Positions 1-8,816 of a DNA stretch of 64,000 nucleotides are shown here, piece after piece. The stretch is from a virus (Duplodnaviria > Caudoviricetes). Both the position numbers and the translations under genes were made by a program. The notes below the pieces were generated by a model that had not been told where the DNA came from, did not search any database, and saw nothing but the letters and a program-made list of their open reading frames with translations. Positions within the stretch are counted from its first letter, which is position 1, and each line of letters opens with the position of its first letter. The stretch covers positions 4,277-68,276 of the IMG/VR virus record IMGVR_UViG_2518285550_000001; one strand, 5' to 3'.

Positions 1-1
1 G

Positions 2-589
2 CTCGCCGACCGGCACAACGTCGAACGGGATGCTGCCGCCGAGCGGGGCACGAAACTGCACGACGCCGCCGAGCAGACCGTCTTGCACGGGCCGGGTGCG
101 CACGTCGATTGCGATGCGAAGCCGCTTGTCGACCAGTGGTACCGCTGGTACGACCGTTACCGTCCGGAGTTCCTGGCCACCGAGATCACCGTCATCTCCC
201 GCAAGTGGGGCTATGGCGGCACCCTCGACGCGATCCTCCGCTTCACCGAGCAGTCGCGACTACCGAAGCAACTCGCCCACCTCGCCGGACTGCCGGTGGT
301 TGATGACTACAAGTCTTCGCGGAACGTCTACCTGACGAACGGCTGGCAGGTCGGCGCCTACGCGAAAGCCGACGCGGTGCTGCTGCCCGACGGCACGGAG
401 CAGCCGATGCCCGAGGTAAAGGGCGGCCTGATCGTGCAAATCCGTCCGGAGCGGGTGCAGATGCGTGAGGTGCACCTGTCGGACGAGAACTTCGCCTATT
501 TCGTGCACATGTGCCGGGTGGTGGAAGGGCTCGCCGCGCCCCTGAACAGCGTTCTCTCTCGCCCCGTGACCATGAAGGAGGGTGACTGA
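2..589 (+). CDS. PD-(D/E)XK (RecB/Cas4-like) phage exonuclease, 5' truncated by window edge
   Basis: Frame open from position 2 (AAAERGTKLHDAAE); motifs E-x-T, GGTLD, DYKSS, Q-x-x-AY. Confidence 0.8.
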   Translation, partial: LADRHNVERDAAAERGTKLHDAAEQTVLHGPGAHVDCDAKPLVDQWYRWYDRYRPEFLATEITVISRKWGYGGTLDAILRFTEQSRLPKQLAHLAGLPVVDDYKSSRNVYLTNGWQVGAYAKADAVLLPDGTEQPMPEVKGGLIVQIRPERVQMREVHLSDENFAYFVHMCRVVEGLAAPLNSVLSRPVTMKEGD

Positions 590-1680
590 TGCCCATCATT
601 GGCCTGCAACTGTCTCAAACCGAGGTGGGTCGCATTCGCCTCGGCGTGAAGGCCCGCGCAGCGAACGGCCGCGAGAAGCCGACGAAGCTCGACCGACTGC
701 GGTTCACCTCCCCCCGCAAGGTGCTGATCGAGAAGATCGCCGTCACGTATGGCGGCCCCGTGGAGCCGTGGCAGCCGCCGCGAGGCTCCCAGCAGTGGCA
801 GGTCATCACCGACACTGCTGAGGTACCCGTGCTGATCCCTCCGCAGGACCCGGGCGAGTCGCAGTGGTACGAGATGTGGTCAAAGGGCGGCTGCCTGCGC
901 CGCTGCGACGGCCAGCAGGAGAAGATCAGCAAGTCGAACTGCTTGTGCGACCCGGACGCCCGCGACTGCCGGATGCACACCCGCCTGAGGGTCATGCTCG
1001 AGGAGATCCCCGGGATGGGCGCGTGGCGGGTTGACACCGGCTCCTACTACGCCGCCGTCGAACTGCCCGGTGTTGCGCAACTGTTGGCGATGGCGCAGGG
1101 CGCGATCCCCGGCCGCCTCGTGCTGGACCAGCGGACGGTGACCCGTCAGGTGGACGGGAAGCCGAAGACGTTCAATTTCGCTGTTCCCACCTTGCATGTG
1201 GACGAGTTGACGCCGAAGCAGCTTATGTCGGGGCGGGTGCAGGAGTTGGTGGCGGCCCGTAACGCTGCCGCTGTGGCCGGCGACGTTCGGTTGGCGATCG
1301 CCGCGAACGTTGACTACACGACGCTGATCGACGCCGCGAAGTCGGTTGAGGCGCTGTACGACGTGGCGAAGCAGATCAAGCAGCAGCACAGCGGGGAGAT
1401 CCCGGCGGATCTGCTGGCCGTGTTGGAGGCGAGGCGAGCCGCGATCCTCGCCGTGCAGCCCACCCGAGCGGAGGTCACCCCGACTACGCCGACCGAGGTT
1501 TCGGGTGGGGATGACCTGAACGAGTTGTGGGCGAACATCCTCGCCGCTTCGCCGTGGGACACCGCCGAGGAGTTGGAGCGGAACTTCCGCGAGGTGGTGG
1601 GCCTGTCGTCAGCTGACGCCACGGCCGAGGACATGCGCCGGTTCGTGGCCGCTATCGAGAAGGCAGGAGCGGCAGCGTGA
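589..1680 (+). CDS. Gp3/recombination directionality factor-like protein (possible single-strand annealing partner of the exonuclease)
   Basis: N-terminal IIGLQ...EVGRIRLG, WSKGGCLRRCDG, LRVML...G.WR.DTGSYYAA pattern; coupled to exonuclease. Confidence 0.65.
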   Translation: MPIIGLQLSQTEVGRIRLGVKARAANGREKPTKLDRLRFTSPRKVLIEKIAVTYGGPVEPWQPPRGSQQWQVITDTAEVPVLIPPQDPGESQWYEMWSKGGCLRRCDGQQEKISKSNCLCDPDARDCRMHTRLRVMLEEIPGMGAWRVDTGSYYAAVELPGVAQLLAMAQGAIPGRLVLDQRTVTRQVDGKPKTFNFAVPTLHVDELTPKQLMSGRVQELVAARNAAAVAGDVRLAIAANVDYTTLIDAAKSVEALYDVAKQIKQQHSGEIPADLLAVLEARRAAILAVQPTRAEVTPTTPTEVSGGDDLNELWANILAASPWDTAEELERNFREVVGLSSADATAEDMRRFVAAIEKAGAAA

Positions 1681-2561
1681 CCTGGCATCTCGGGGAGATG
1701 GCCCCGTTCGACACCGAGTCGACCGGCATCGATGTGGAGAGCGACCGGATCGTTTCGGCCACCGTCGCCCGTATCCGCCCCGGCCAGTCCGTTGAGGTGC
1801 ACTCGTACCTGGTCGCCGTGGACGTGGCCATCCCCCAGGCCGCCACCGAGGTGCATGGCATCACCACCGAGCACGCTCAGGCGAACGGGCAGCCGGCCGC
1901 CGTGGTGCTCGACCAGGTGGCGGGGGCGCTCGCTGACTCAATGCTCGCCGACGTGCCGGTCGTGGGATCGAATCTAGCGTTCGACTTCACCCTGCTGGAC
2001 CGGGAATGCCGCCGCCACGGAGTGCCCCCGGTCGAACAGCGGCTAGGGCGCCCGCTAGGGCCGGTGGTAGACGTGTTCGTCATCGACAAGGCGCTCGACC
2101 GATACCGGCCGGGCAAGCGGCAGTTGAGTGCGCTGTGCGAGCAGTACGGGGTGCGGTTGGACCGCGCCCACGACGCGGAGAGCGACGCGTTGGGTGCGGC
2201 TCGGGTGGCGTTTCGGATCGGGCAGCGGGCCCAGCATGCGTTGGCTGATCCGTACACGGTCGCCAAGGTGTACGTCGACCGGCGCTATCCGGATCGGATC
2301 GTGCGGGGCTTCCAGGAGTTCGGAAAGCTGACTCTCGCCGAGGTGCATGCCACGCAGATGGGCTGGTACGCCGAGCAGGCCGAGGGGCTTGCCCAGTACT
2401 GGCGGCGGCAGGCCAACGAGTTGGAGTATCGGTCGCGCCGGGCGTCGGATGACGCGGAGCGGGAAACGGCTTTAGCGGACGCCGAGGATTTGCGGCGGCG
2501 CGCCGACGGTGTCACCACCGACTGGCCGATCCGCCCGTACGGCGGGCAGGTGCGGCCGTGA
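1677..2561 (+). CDS. DnaQ/DEDDh 3'-5' exonuclease
   Basis: ExoI FDTESTG, VHGIT, ExoII NLAFD, ExoIII AHDAESDA. Confidence 0.9.
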   Translation: MTWHLGEMAPFDTESTGIDVESDRIVSATVARIRPGQSVEVHSYLVAVDVAIPQAATEVHGITTEHAQANGQPAAVVLDQVAGALADSMLADVPVVGSNLAFDFTLLDRECRRHGVPPVEQRLGRPLGPVVDVFVIDKALDRYRPGKRQLSALCEQYGVRLDRAHDAESDALGAARVAFRIGQRAQHALADPYTVAKVYVDRRYPDRIVRGFQEFGKLTLAEVHATQMGWYAEQAEGLAQYWRRQANELEYRSRRASDDAERETALADAEDLRRRADGVTTDWPIRPYGGQVRP

Positions 2562-2947
2562 CCGAACTCAAGCTGATCAAGCAGCACGACACCCACGCCG
2601 CGCTGCGCATCGTCGTATATGGCACACCCGGTCCCCAAGGCTCGAAGACGTTCAAGGGTCGCAGCCGCACTGGCAAAGCAATCATGGTCGAGTCATCGAC
2701 GAAGGTGCAGCCGTGGCGTGAACGGGTGCATGCCGCCGCCCTCACCGCCCTCGCCGCCCTTCCCGAGCTGCGCAACGTGTTCCCGCTGGACGGACCGATT
2801 GCCGGCCGGTTCGTGTTCACCCTCCGTAAGCCCCTGTCCGCGCCGAATACCCGCCGATGCTCCGGCCAGCTCACCGCCTGGCGGCTCGCCATCGGCCCCG
2901 CCCTCGCTGACGACAACCACACCCCTGAGGAGACCCCCTATGCCTAA
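2558..2947 (+). pseudogene. RusA-like Holliday junction resolvase with catalytic half apparently deleted
   Basis: N-terminal V.GTPGPQGSK...ESS..V.PWR...LDGP....FTL.KP.SAP typical of actinophage RusA; the expected PD.DKL...D...DD segment is absent. Confidence 0.65.
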
Positions 2948-3356
2948 CGCCAGCCCCCCGCCGTCGCAGATCCTGCGCGACGCCGCCCAACGCATCCGCG
3001 ACCTCGCCGCCGAGGCCGCCCCCTCCGGCACCCTCCCCCAAGGTTGGTCCGGTGCCGTCGGACACGACAACAGCCCGATGCTGTTCGGTGGCCCTACCCA
3101 AGACGGCTACCACACGGGCATCATCTTCCACTTCCAGGAGGAAGCGCTGTGCGGCGACTGCTCCCGGCCGACGGCAGGGGACGTCGCGCACATGGCGGCG
3201 TGGCATCCGGAGGTGGCGGTGCAGGTGGCCGCCTTCTTGGAGCAGGCCGCTGACGTTGTCGCCGTGTCACCGTCGCCGTTCACGGCGATCGCGTTGCGGA
3301 TCGCCGCGTTCTTTCCGGTGCAGGAGCCTGCTGCCGCTGTGGTCGTGACCTCATGA
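2940..3356 (+). CDS. hypothetical phage protein
   Basis: ATG after GAGGAG RBS; stop overlaps next start; H(M/I)AAWHP.VA motif seen in actinophage proteins. Confidence 0.65.
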   Translation: MPNASPPPSQILRDAAQRIRDLAAEAAPSGTLPQGWSGAVGHDNSPMLFGGPTQDGYHTGIIFHFQEEALCGDCSRPTAGDVAHMAAWHPEVAVQVAAFLEQAADVVAVSPSPFTAIALRIAAFFPVQEPAAAVVVTS

Positions 3357-3715
3357 TTCCGCAGCGAATCCAGCGCAAACGCACCGCCGGATGGCGTAGG
3401 CCCGACAACGCCGTCATCGTCGACCGCACCAGCCGGTTCGGCAATCCGTTCAAGGCTGCCGACTGCATCTCCGAAGGCTTCGCCGACAGCGACGCCGACG
3501 CCCGCAAGGTATGCGTGAAAGCCTTCGACGCATGGCTTGACGGTGAACCCGACTACGCCAACGTCGAACCGGAACGCCGGCTGCGGATCCTCGCCGAACT
3601 CGACACGCTCACCGGCAAGGATCTCGCCTGCGCCTGCGAGCCCGGTGAGCTGTGCCACGGCGACAGCCTGATCCGCCGCGCAAACCCGCGCCACGTCAAG
3701 GCGGTGGCCGCGTGA
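3353..3715 (+). CDS. DUF4326-family protein
   Basis: PQRIQRKR..GWR.P, VDR.SRFGNPF, L.GKDLAC.C, CHGD.L. Confidence 0.85.
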   Translation: MIPQRIQRKRTAGWRRPDNAVIVDRTSRFGNPFKAADCISEGFADSDADARKVCVKAFDAWLDGEPDYANVEPERRLRILAELDTLTGKDLACACEPGELCHGDSLIRRANPRHVKAVAA

Positions 3716-4008
3716 GCCGACGACGCTTCACGGTCGACCGGCGCAGCAACGACCACGGCGACTGGTGGCGCGACTACTCTGCCTGCCGCGACGAGGACCC
3801 CGAGTTGTTCTTTCCGATCGGGATGTCCGGTCCGACCCTGCTGCAGGTGGAGCAGGCCAAGGCCGTCTGCCGGCGCTGCCCGGCGAGGGAGCAGTGCCTG
3901 CAGTGGGCCCTCGACAGCGGCACCGGCTTCGGCGTCTGGGGTGGCCTTTCCGAGGACGAGCGCCGCGAGCTGCTGCGGAAGAGCACCCGCCGGGTGACCG
4001 CCGCATGA
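3712..4008 (+). CDS. whiB: WhiB-family Fe-S transcription factor
   Basis: C..EDPELFFP, AKAVCRRCP.REQCL.WAL, GVWGGLSEDERR; GTG overlaps upstream stop. Confidence 0.93.
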   Translation: MSRRRFTVDRRSNDHGDWWRDYSACRDEDPELFFPIGMSGPTLLQVEQAKAVCRRCPAREQCLQWALDSGTGFGVWGGLSEDERRELLRKSTRRVTAA

Positions 4009-4322
4009 CCACCACCGTCAGCATGGCCCGCCCCAGGGGTGGGGCGGGCCCCACCCGCAAGGGACTGCACATGGACTACCGGACCGTCGAACGACTGCTC
4101 GACGCCATCACCGCCGGCCGCATCTACCGTCGCCCCGACTTGACGTACGGGGACCGCCGTAACGGCAGCCGCACCGTGGACGACCTGCTGTACAAGCTGG
4201 ACGACTGCGGCTGGGTGGACCTACGCCGAGACGGCACCGTCGTTGTCAACCAGGCCGGTCAGCAGTGGCGTGACCGGCCGCGTAAGGCCTACACACCGAC
4301 GCGGCAAGGGGCCAGGACATGA
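4005..4322 (+). CDS. hypothetical protein
   Basis: ATGA overlaps on both sides. Confidence 0.55.
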   Translation: MTTTVSMARPRGGAGPTRKGLHMDYRTVERLLDAITAGRIYRRPDLTYGDRRNGSRTVDDLLYKLDDCGWVDLRRDGTVVVNQAGQQWRDRPRKAYTPTRQGART

Positions 4323-5497
4323 AGATCCGCGTCGATCGAGACCTGCTTGCTGACGTGGCCGGCTGGGTGGCCCGTAGCCTCCCCCAACGCCCCTCCGCAC
4401 CAGTGCTCGCCGGTATCAAACTCACCGCCGACGGTGCCACGCTCACCGCCGAGGGCTTCGACTACGAAGTGTCGACGCATGCCAGCGTGGCCGCTCTCGG
4501 TGGCGAGCCCGGCACCGTGCTCGTGTCGGCGCGCCTCCTGTCGGAAATCGCCAAGGCGCTACCCAACAAGCCGGTCGACCTGGCCGCCGCCGGCACGCAC
4601 CTGGAACTGGTGTGCGGGTCGGCCCGGTTCACGCTGCCGACGATGCCGGTGGAGGACTATCCAACCCTGCCGCCGATGCCGCAGCCGATCGGCTCCATCC
4701 ACGCCGCAGTGTTCGCGCAGGCTGTCACGCAGACGGCGGTGGCGGCAGGCAGGGAGGAAGCCCTGCCGATGATGACCGGGGTCCGCATCGAATTCGACGG
4801 CGACCGGATGGCGCTGCTCGCCACCGACCGGTACCGGCTCGTCGTCCGCGAACTGTCGTGGAAGCCGAACACAAACAATCTGTCAGCGCAGGTGCTCATC
4901 CCTGCCAAGACGTTGACCGAGGTAGCGAAAGTCCTTGCCGCTGGCACCGACCCGATCACGCTCGCGTTGACGGCCGGGACTCCCGGCGAGGGTGCAATCG
5001 GCTTCGAGGCCGGCGGACGGCGTGTGACCTCCCGACTACTGGACGGGGCTAACTATCCGCCCGTCCGGTCCCTGTTCCCGGAGGATGTGCACGCGTCGGC
5101 GCTCGTGCCGGCCGACGAACTCGCCCAGGTCGTGAAGCGAGTTGCGTTGGTGGCGGAACGCGCCACGCCGGTACTGCTCACCTTTACCCCCGGCGACACC
5201 GCACTGCTGGTGGAGGCAGGTGGTGCAGGGCAGGCCCGCGCCGCCGAGACGATGCCCATCGGTCACTACAAGGCCGGTGAGAGCATCACCATCGGATTCA
5301 ACCCGCAATACCTGATCGACGGGCTGTCGCACCTCGGCGCCAGCCACGCCCTCATCGAAATGCTGGGCGCCTACAAGCCTGCCGTCATCTCCCCCGCCGG
5401 GGCGGCCAATGACAGCCAGTCAGGCAACGGCGAACCCGACGAACAGGAAACCCACCCCCACCGGTACCTGATCATGCCCATCCGGGTGACCCAATGA
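4319..5497 (+). CDS. dnaN: DNA polymerase III beta sliding clamp
   Basis: RP..PVLAG, GFDYEVS, ATDRYRL, SRLLDGANYPPVRSLFP, GFNPQYL, YLIMPIR. Confidence 0.95.
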   Translation: MKIRVDRDLLADVAGWVARSLPQRPSAPVLAGIKLTADGATLTAEGFDYEVSTHASVAALGGEPGTVLVSARLLSEIAKALPNKPVDLAAAGTHLELVCGSARFTLPTMPVEDYPTLPPMPQPIGSIHAAVFAQAVTQTAVAAGREEALPMMTGVRIEFDGDRMALLATDRYRLVVRELSWKPNTNNLSAQVLIPAKTLTEVAKVLAAGTDPITLALTAGTPGEGAIGFEAGGRRVTSRLLDGANYPPVRSLFPEDVHASALVPADELAQVVKRVALVAERATPVLLTFTPGDTALLVEAGGAGQARAAETMPIGHYKAGESITIGFNPQYLIDGLSHLGASHALIEMLGAYKPAVISPAGAANDSQSGNGEPDEQETHPHRYLIMPIRVTQ

Positions 5498-6195
5498 CCG
5501 GCCCCACCGTGCGCAGAGGCAGCCGACGCCACGCAACCGGCACCAGAAAGTGCGGCCAGCACCCCCGCTACACCCCAGGATGCCGAAACTGCCAGCAACG
5601 CAACCGGGCACACGTAGCCGCACGCCACAAGGCTGTCATCCTCGGTACCCACCGTCCCGGCTTCGTGCCCGCCGTCGGCACGGCTCGCCGGCTGCAGGGG
5701 CTCACCGCCGAAGGGCACCCCGCACACGAGCTCGCCCAGCACCTCGACGCTTCTGTCAGCACCGTCCAGCAGTGGCGTGCCCACAAGACTCTCACCGTCG
5801 CCCGACACACCCATGACGCGGTACGGATCCTCGCCACCCATCTCGACAGTGGGGGCACCTCCACGAATGCCCGCAGCTACGCCTTACAGCAGGGCTGGGT
5901 TCCGGTCGCCGCCTGGGACGACATTGATGACCCGGACGCCACACCCGCAGCGGGCAGCCTGGCCGAGGCGACACCGGAGCGGCCCGTGTCGCTGCGATAC
6001 GTGCGGTGGGTACTCGACGGGCACTGGCCGATCGACCGGCTCACGCTCGGCGAGCAGGCACACCTGTACCGGCTGTGGTGCGGGCAAGAGCAGCAGGCGG
6101 GTCGCCGGTCGGGGCGGAAACCGTTCGCCCGCGAGTGGGGCGTCACCCAGTGGCATGCCCGGCGGGTCGCGGATCTTGCGGCGGTGACCCGATGA
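5494..6195 (+). CDS. putative DNA-binding protein (GCR.C zinc knuckle plus HTH)
   Basis: GCRNC; GTARRLQGL...ELAQHL..SVSTVQQW; AWDDIDDPDA.P. Confidence 0.65.
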   Translation: MTGPTVRRGSRRHATGTRKCGQHPRYTPGCRNCQQRNRAHVAARHKAVILGTHRPGFVPAVGTARRLQGLTAEGHPAHELAQHLDASVSTVQQWRAHKTLTVARHTHDAVRILATHLDSGGTSTNARSYALQQGWVPVAAWDDIDDPDATPAAGSLAEATPERPVSLRYVRWVLDGHWPIDRLTLGEQAHLYRLWCGQEQQAGRRSGRKPFAREWGVTQWHARRVADLAAVTR

Positions 6196-6557
6196 TCGGC
6201 CTGTTCCGGCGCCGCCGGCGACCCGAGCACGCCACCCTCGCCGCCGAGAACGCCCAGCTCAGGGCCGAACTTCACGTCCTCGAGCAGGCCGTCGTCAATT
6301 GCGCGACCACGCATCCGCTGCCCGTCGACGTCGACCAGATCAACACCACCCGCCCGACGCCGTCATACCGGTCGAGCCCGCTCGACGGCCTCTCCGGCGT
6401 CACCGTCAGCCCTACCGGCGCCCACGTACTCATCGATGGTCTGGTCCATACCCCTGCCGCGGCGATTGAGCTGTCCGCCGCGATCGCCCGCGCCGCCCGC
6501 GAAGCCGCCGCCGGCCCGGATACCGAACACCTCACGCCCCACAGAGAGGCACCCTGA
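6192..6557 (+). CDS. hypothetical protein
   Basis: ATGA overlap with upstream gene; coiled-coil N-terminus. Confidence 0.55.
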   Translation: MIGLFRRRRRPEHATLAAENAQLRAELHVLEQAVVNCATTHPLPVDVDQINTTRPTPSYRSSPLDGLSGVTVSPTGAHVLIDGLVHTPAAAIELSAAIARAAREAAAGPDTEHLTPHREAP

Positions 6558-6558
6558 C

Positions 6559-6996
6559 ATGGCAAACGACACCACCATCACCGTCATCGGCAACCTGACC
6601 GACGACCCCGAGCTGCGGTTCACCCCTTCCGGCACAGCGGTCACCAAGTTCCGGGTGGCCTCGACGCCCCGGTTCTTCGACAAGTCGTCCGGCGAGTGGA
6701 AGGACGGCGAGCCGCTGTTCCTCTCGTGCACCGTGTGGCGGCAGCCTGCCGAGCACGTCGCGGAGTCGCTGCAGCGCGGCACCCGCGTGATCGTCTCGGG
6801 CCGGCTGCGTCAGCGGTCGTACGAGACCCGCGAGGGTGAGAAGCGCACCGTCATCGAGCTGGAGGTCGACGAGATCGGCCCGTCGCTGCGCTACGCCACG
6901 GCGAAGGTGCAAAAGATGTCCCGCTCGGGCGGTGGCGGATTCAGCGGCGGTGGCGGCCGGGGCGGTGGCGACTTCGACGAGGAGCCCCCCTTCTGA
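6559..6996 (+). CDS. ssb: single-stranded DNA-binding protein
   Basis: [28 protein letters not shown], acidic tail DEEPPF. Confidence 0.97.
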   Translation: MANDTTITVIGNLTDDPELRFTPSGTAVTKFRVASTPRFFDKSSGEWKDGEPLFLSCTVWRQPAEHVAESLQRGTRVIVSGRLRQRSYETREGEKRTVIELEVDEIGPSLRYATAKVQKMSRSGGGGFSGGGGRGGGDFDEEPPF

Positions 6997-7056
6997 GCGG
7001 TCGTTCATCCAGCCCCTTCCCGGACGACCTGAAACCCGATCCCCGATGGAGGCTTC

Positions 7057-7308
7057 ATGACCAGCCCACAAATCTCCGACCGTGACCTTCTCCTGGTCAC
7101 TGACGTCATCGACGCCATCGACGCTGCCACCGCCGCCGACTCGCAGGCCGTCGCCCTGCTCATCGCACGGCTTCCTGCCGACCAAAGGGCCAGCGCACTG
7201 TCCACAGCTGTGGGCATGGCCGCCGGCTATATCTGCCGCCTCGCCGCCCTCACCGGAACGCAGCCACAGGAGTGGATTCGCGGCCTGCGGAGTCAGGCCG
7301 CCTCGTGA
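7057..7308 (+). CDS. hypothetical protein
   Basis: GGAGG RBS before ATG. Confidence 0.55.
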   Translation: MTSPQISDRDLLLVTDVIDAIDAATAADSQAVALLIARLPADQRASALSTAVGMAAGYICRLAALTGTQPQEWIRGLRSQAAS

Positions 7309-7460
7309 TGGGTCACCACACCCGTCGACTCCTGCCGGCACAGCCGTGCACGGCAGGAGTGACCCCCTGCGGGCAACCGGGACGGCTGTATCCGTGCGGA
7401 TGGCGGTGCGCGCAGCATCCGCCGGTCGGCCGCACCGGTGGGATACGAGACCCGTCGTAA
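7308..7460 (+). CDS. small Cys-rich hypothetical protein
   Basis: TGATG coupling; C...C....RLYPCGWRC..H.P motif. Confidence 0.4.
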   Translation: MGHHTRRLLPAQPCTAGVTPCGQPGRLYPCGWRCAQHPPVGRTGGIRDPS

Positions 7461-7532
7461 CGGCGCACAGCACACGCAAACCGAACAAACGCCGGCGCAA
7501 CACCCGGCGATGAACCGACGGAGGCACCACCT

Positions 7533-8816
7533 GTGACGACCCGGTGGGAGGTAGAGGCGGCGTTGGAAACCGTGGACATGGAGCCGACAGGGCGGCACAT
7601 CATGCTGCGTCTGCTCACGCGTTGCGTTGCAGCCACCGCTGAGATCCCCGTCCAGCACGCCCCCACGTTCACCACGCTGGCCGAGGGCACCGGCTACTCC
7701 CGCTCGGCTGTCGCCGAGTGGATGAAGGCACTCGCGGCGTCCGGCTGGGCGCGGCGCACCACCGCGGTAGCCAACGTCAAATCTGGTTACCAGTTGGCGA
7801 TCGGTGAGCCGACCGTCGTGCTACCGAAGCGGGAATCGCGCAAGCCCCGCACCACATCCGGTGGTCCGCTCAGCGGACCAGGTGTCAACGCGGTGTCACC
7901 GTCGGGCAAGGGCAACGAAGGCCCCCTACCCGCCGCAGTGGTCCGCCCAGCGGACCAGAACACGCCGGGAAGTAGTCCGCTCAGCGGACCACATTCGTCG
8001 GCCTCTGGTCCGCCCAGCGGACTACCTCTGGTCCGCTCAGCGGACCAAACTGGTCCGCTCAGCGGACCACCGGACGGCACCTCTCCTATTACTGGTTTTA
8101 AGACCTTTACCAACACCGACCATCCGACGCACCCGGACAAGCCCACCAACGGCAGCAGGCAGCAACCCGCCGTCAGACACACGCCCGCCAAGGCGCCGCC
8201 GTCACACAGCGACACAACACCACAGGCCGCCGCTGGCCGACAGCAAAAGTTTCGATTCCCCCGCACCACGACCCTGCCCAAAGCCACGGAGATCATCCTT
8301 AACAGCCTGCGCGCTACCGGCTTCCACCCCACCATCGACGACGCCAACGCCGTCCACCGCGCCGTCTGCACCGAATACGGCCCCAAGGTCAACCTCGGCT
8401 ACCTCACGGCCATGGCCGCCAACCGCAGCTTCGGCCGCTTCTTCGACATCCTTCGCCGCGACCGCGCCGAACACGTCGAAGCCCAAATCCGGGTGATGCA
8501 ACAGGCACACCCCGACTGTGAGCACGGCACCGCCGCAGGCAACCAACCCCACCCGACCACCGGTGCCCTCCTATGCCCCTGGTGCCGGTGCGGCACCCGG
8601 CCGCCCATTGACGTGCAACGAGAACGAACTCACCCGGCAGTCGCCGCCGCCGCAACCATCTACCGCCAATCCGTCCCCCGCAACGTCGGTGCAGCCGAAC
8701 TGCTGCGGTTCACCCAGCAGGCCACCGTCCTCCACCGGCGTGGATACACCGCTGGACAACTCGCCGAGCATGCCCGACAAGCCGCCGACGCTCGAACCCC
8801 GGCAACCGCGAAGTGA
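7533..8816 (+). CDS. phage replication initiator (N-terminal winged HTH, internal iterons)
   Basis: PTFTTLAEGTGYSRSAVAEWMKAL...GW HTH; repeat-encoded middle region; C-terminal CEHG...CPWC; directly upstream of DnaB. Confidence 0.75.
   Translation: MTTRWEVEAALETVDMEPTGRHIMLRLLTRCVAATAEIPVQHAPTFTTLAEGTGYSRSAVAEWMKALAASGWARRTTAVANVKSGYQLAIGEPTVVLPKRESRKPRTTSGGPLSGPGVNAVSPSGKGNEGPLPAAVVRPADQNTPGSSPLSGPHSSASGPPSGLPLVRSADQTGPLSGPPDGTSPITGFKTFTNTDHPTHPDKPTNGSRQQPAVRHTPAKAPPSHSDTTPQAAAGRQQKFRFPRTTTLPKATEIILNSLRATGFHPTIDDANAVHRAVCTEYGPKVNLGYLTAMAANRSFGRFFDILRRDRAEHVEAQIRVMQQAHPDCEHGTAAGNQPHPTTGALLCPWCRCGTRPPIDVQRERTHPAVAAAATIYRQSVPRNVGAAELLRFTQQATVLHRRGYTAGQLAEHARQAADARTPATAK
7862..8069. repeat. six 19-bp palindromic iterons, consensus TGGTCCGCYCAGCGGACCA (putative origin)
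   Basis: Copies at 7862, 7939, 7973, 8006, 8029, 8051; 9-1-9 palindrome; AT-rich tract follows at about 8081-8113. Confidence 0.9.

Noticed and set aside
2-589. Cas4 as evidence of a CRISPR-Cas system
   Set aside because: Solo PD-(D/E)XK exonuclease in a phage recombination context; no Fe-S cysteine cluster visible and no other cas genes
7862-8069. Palindromic repeats as a possible CRISPR array
   Set aside because: Repeats are 19 bp with irregular 3-58 bp gaps, lie inside a Rep ORF, and no cas operon is present; the iteron reading fits better
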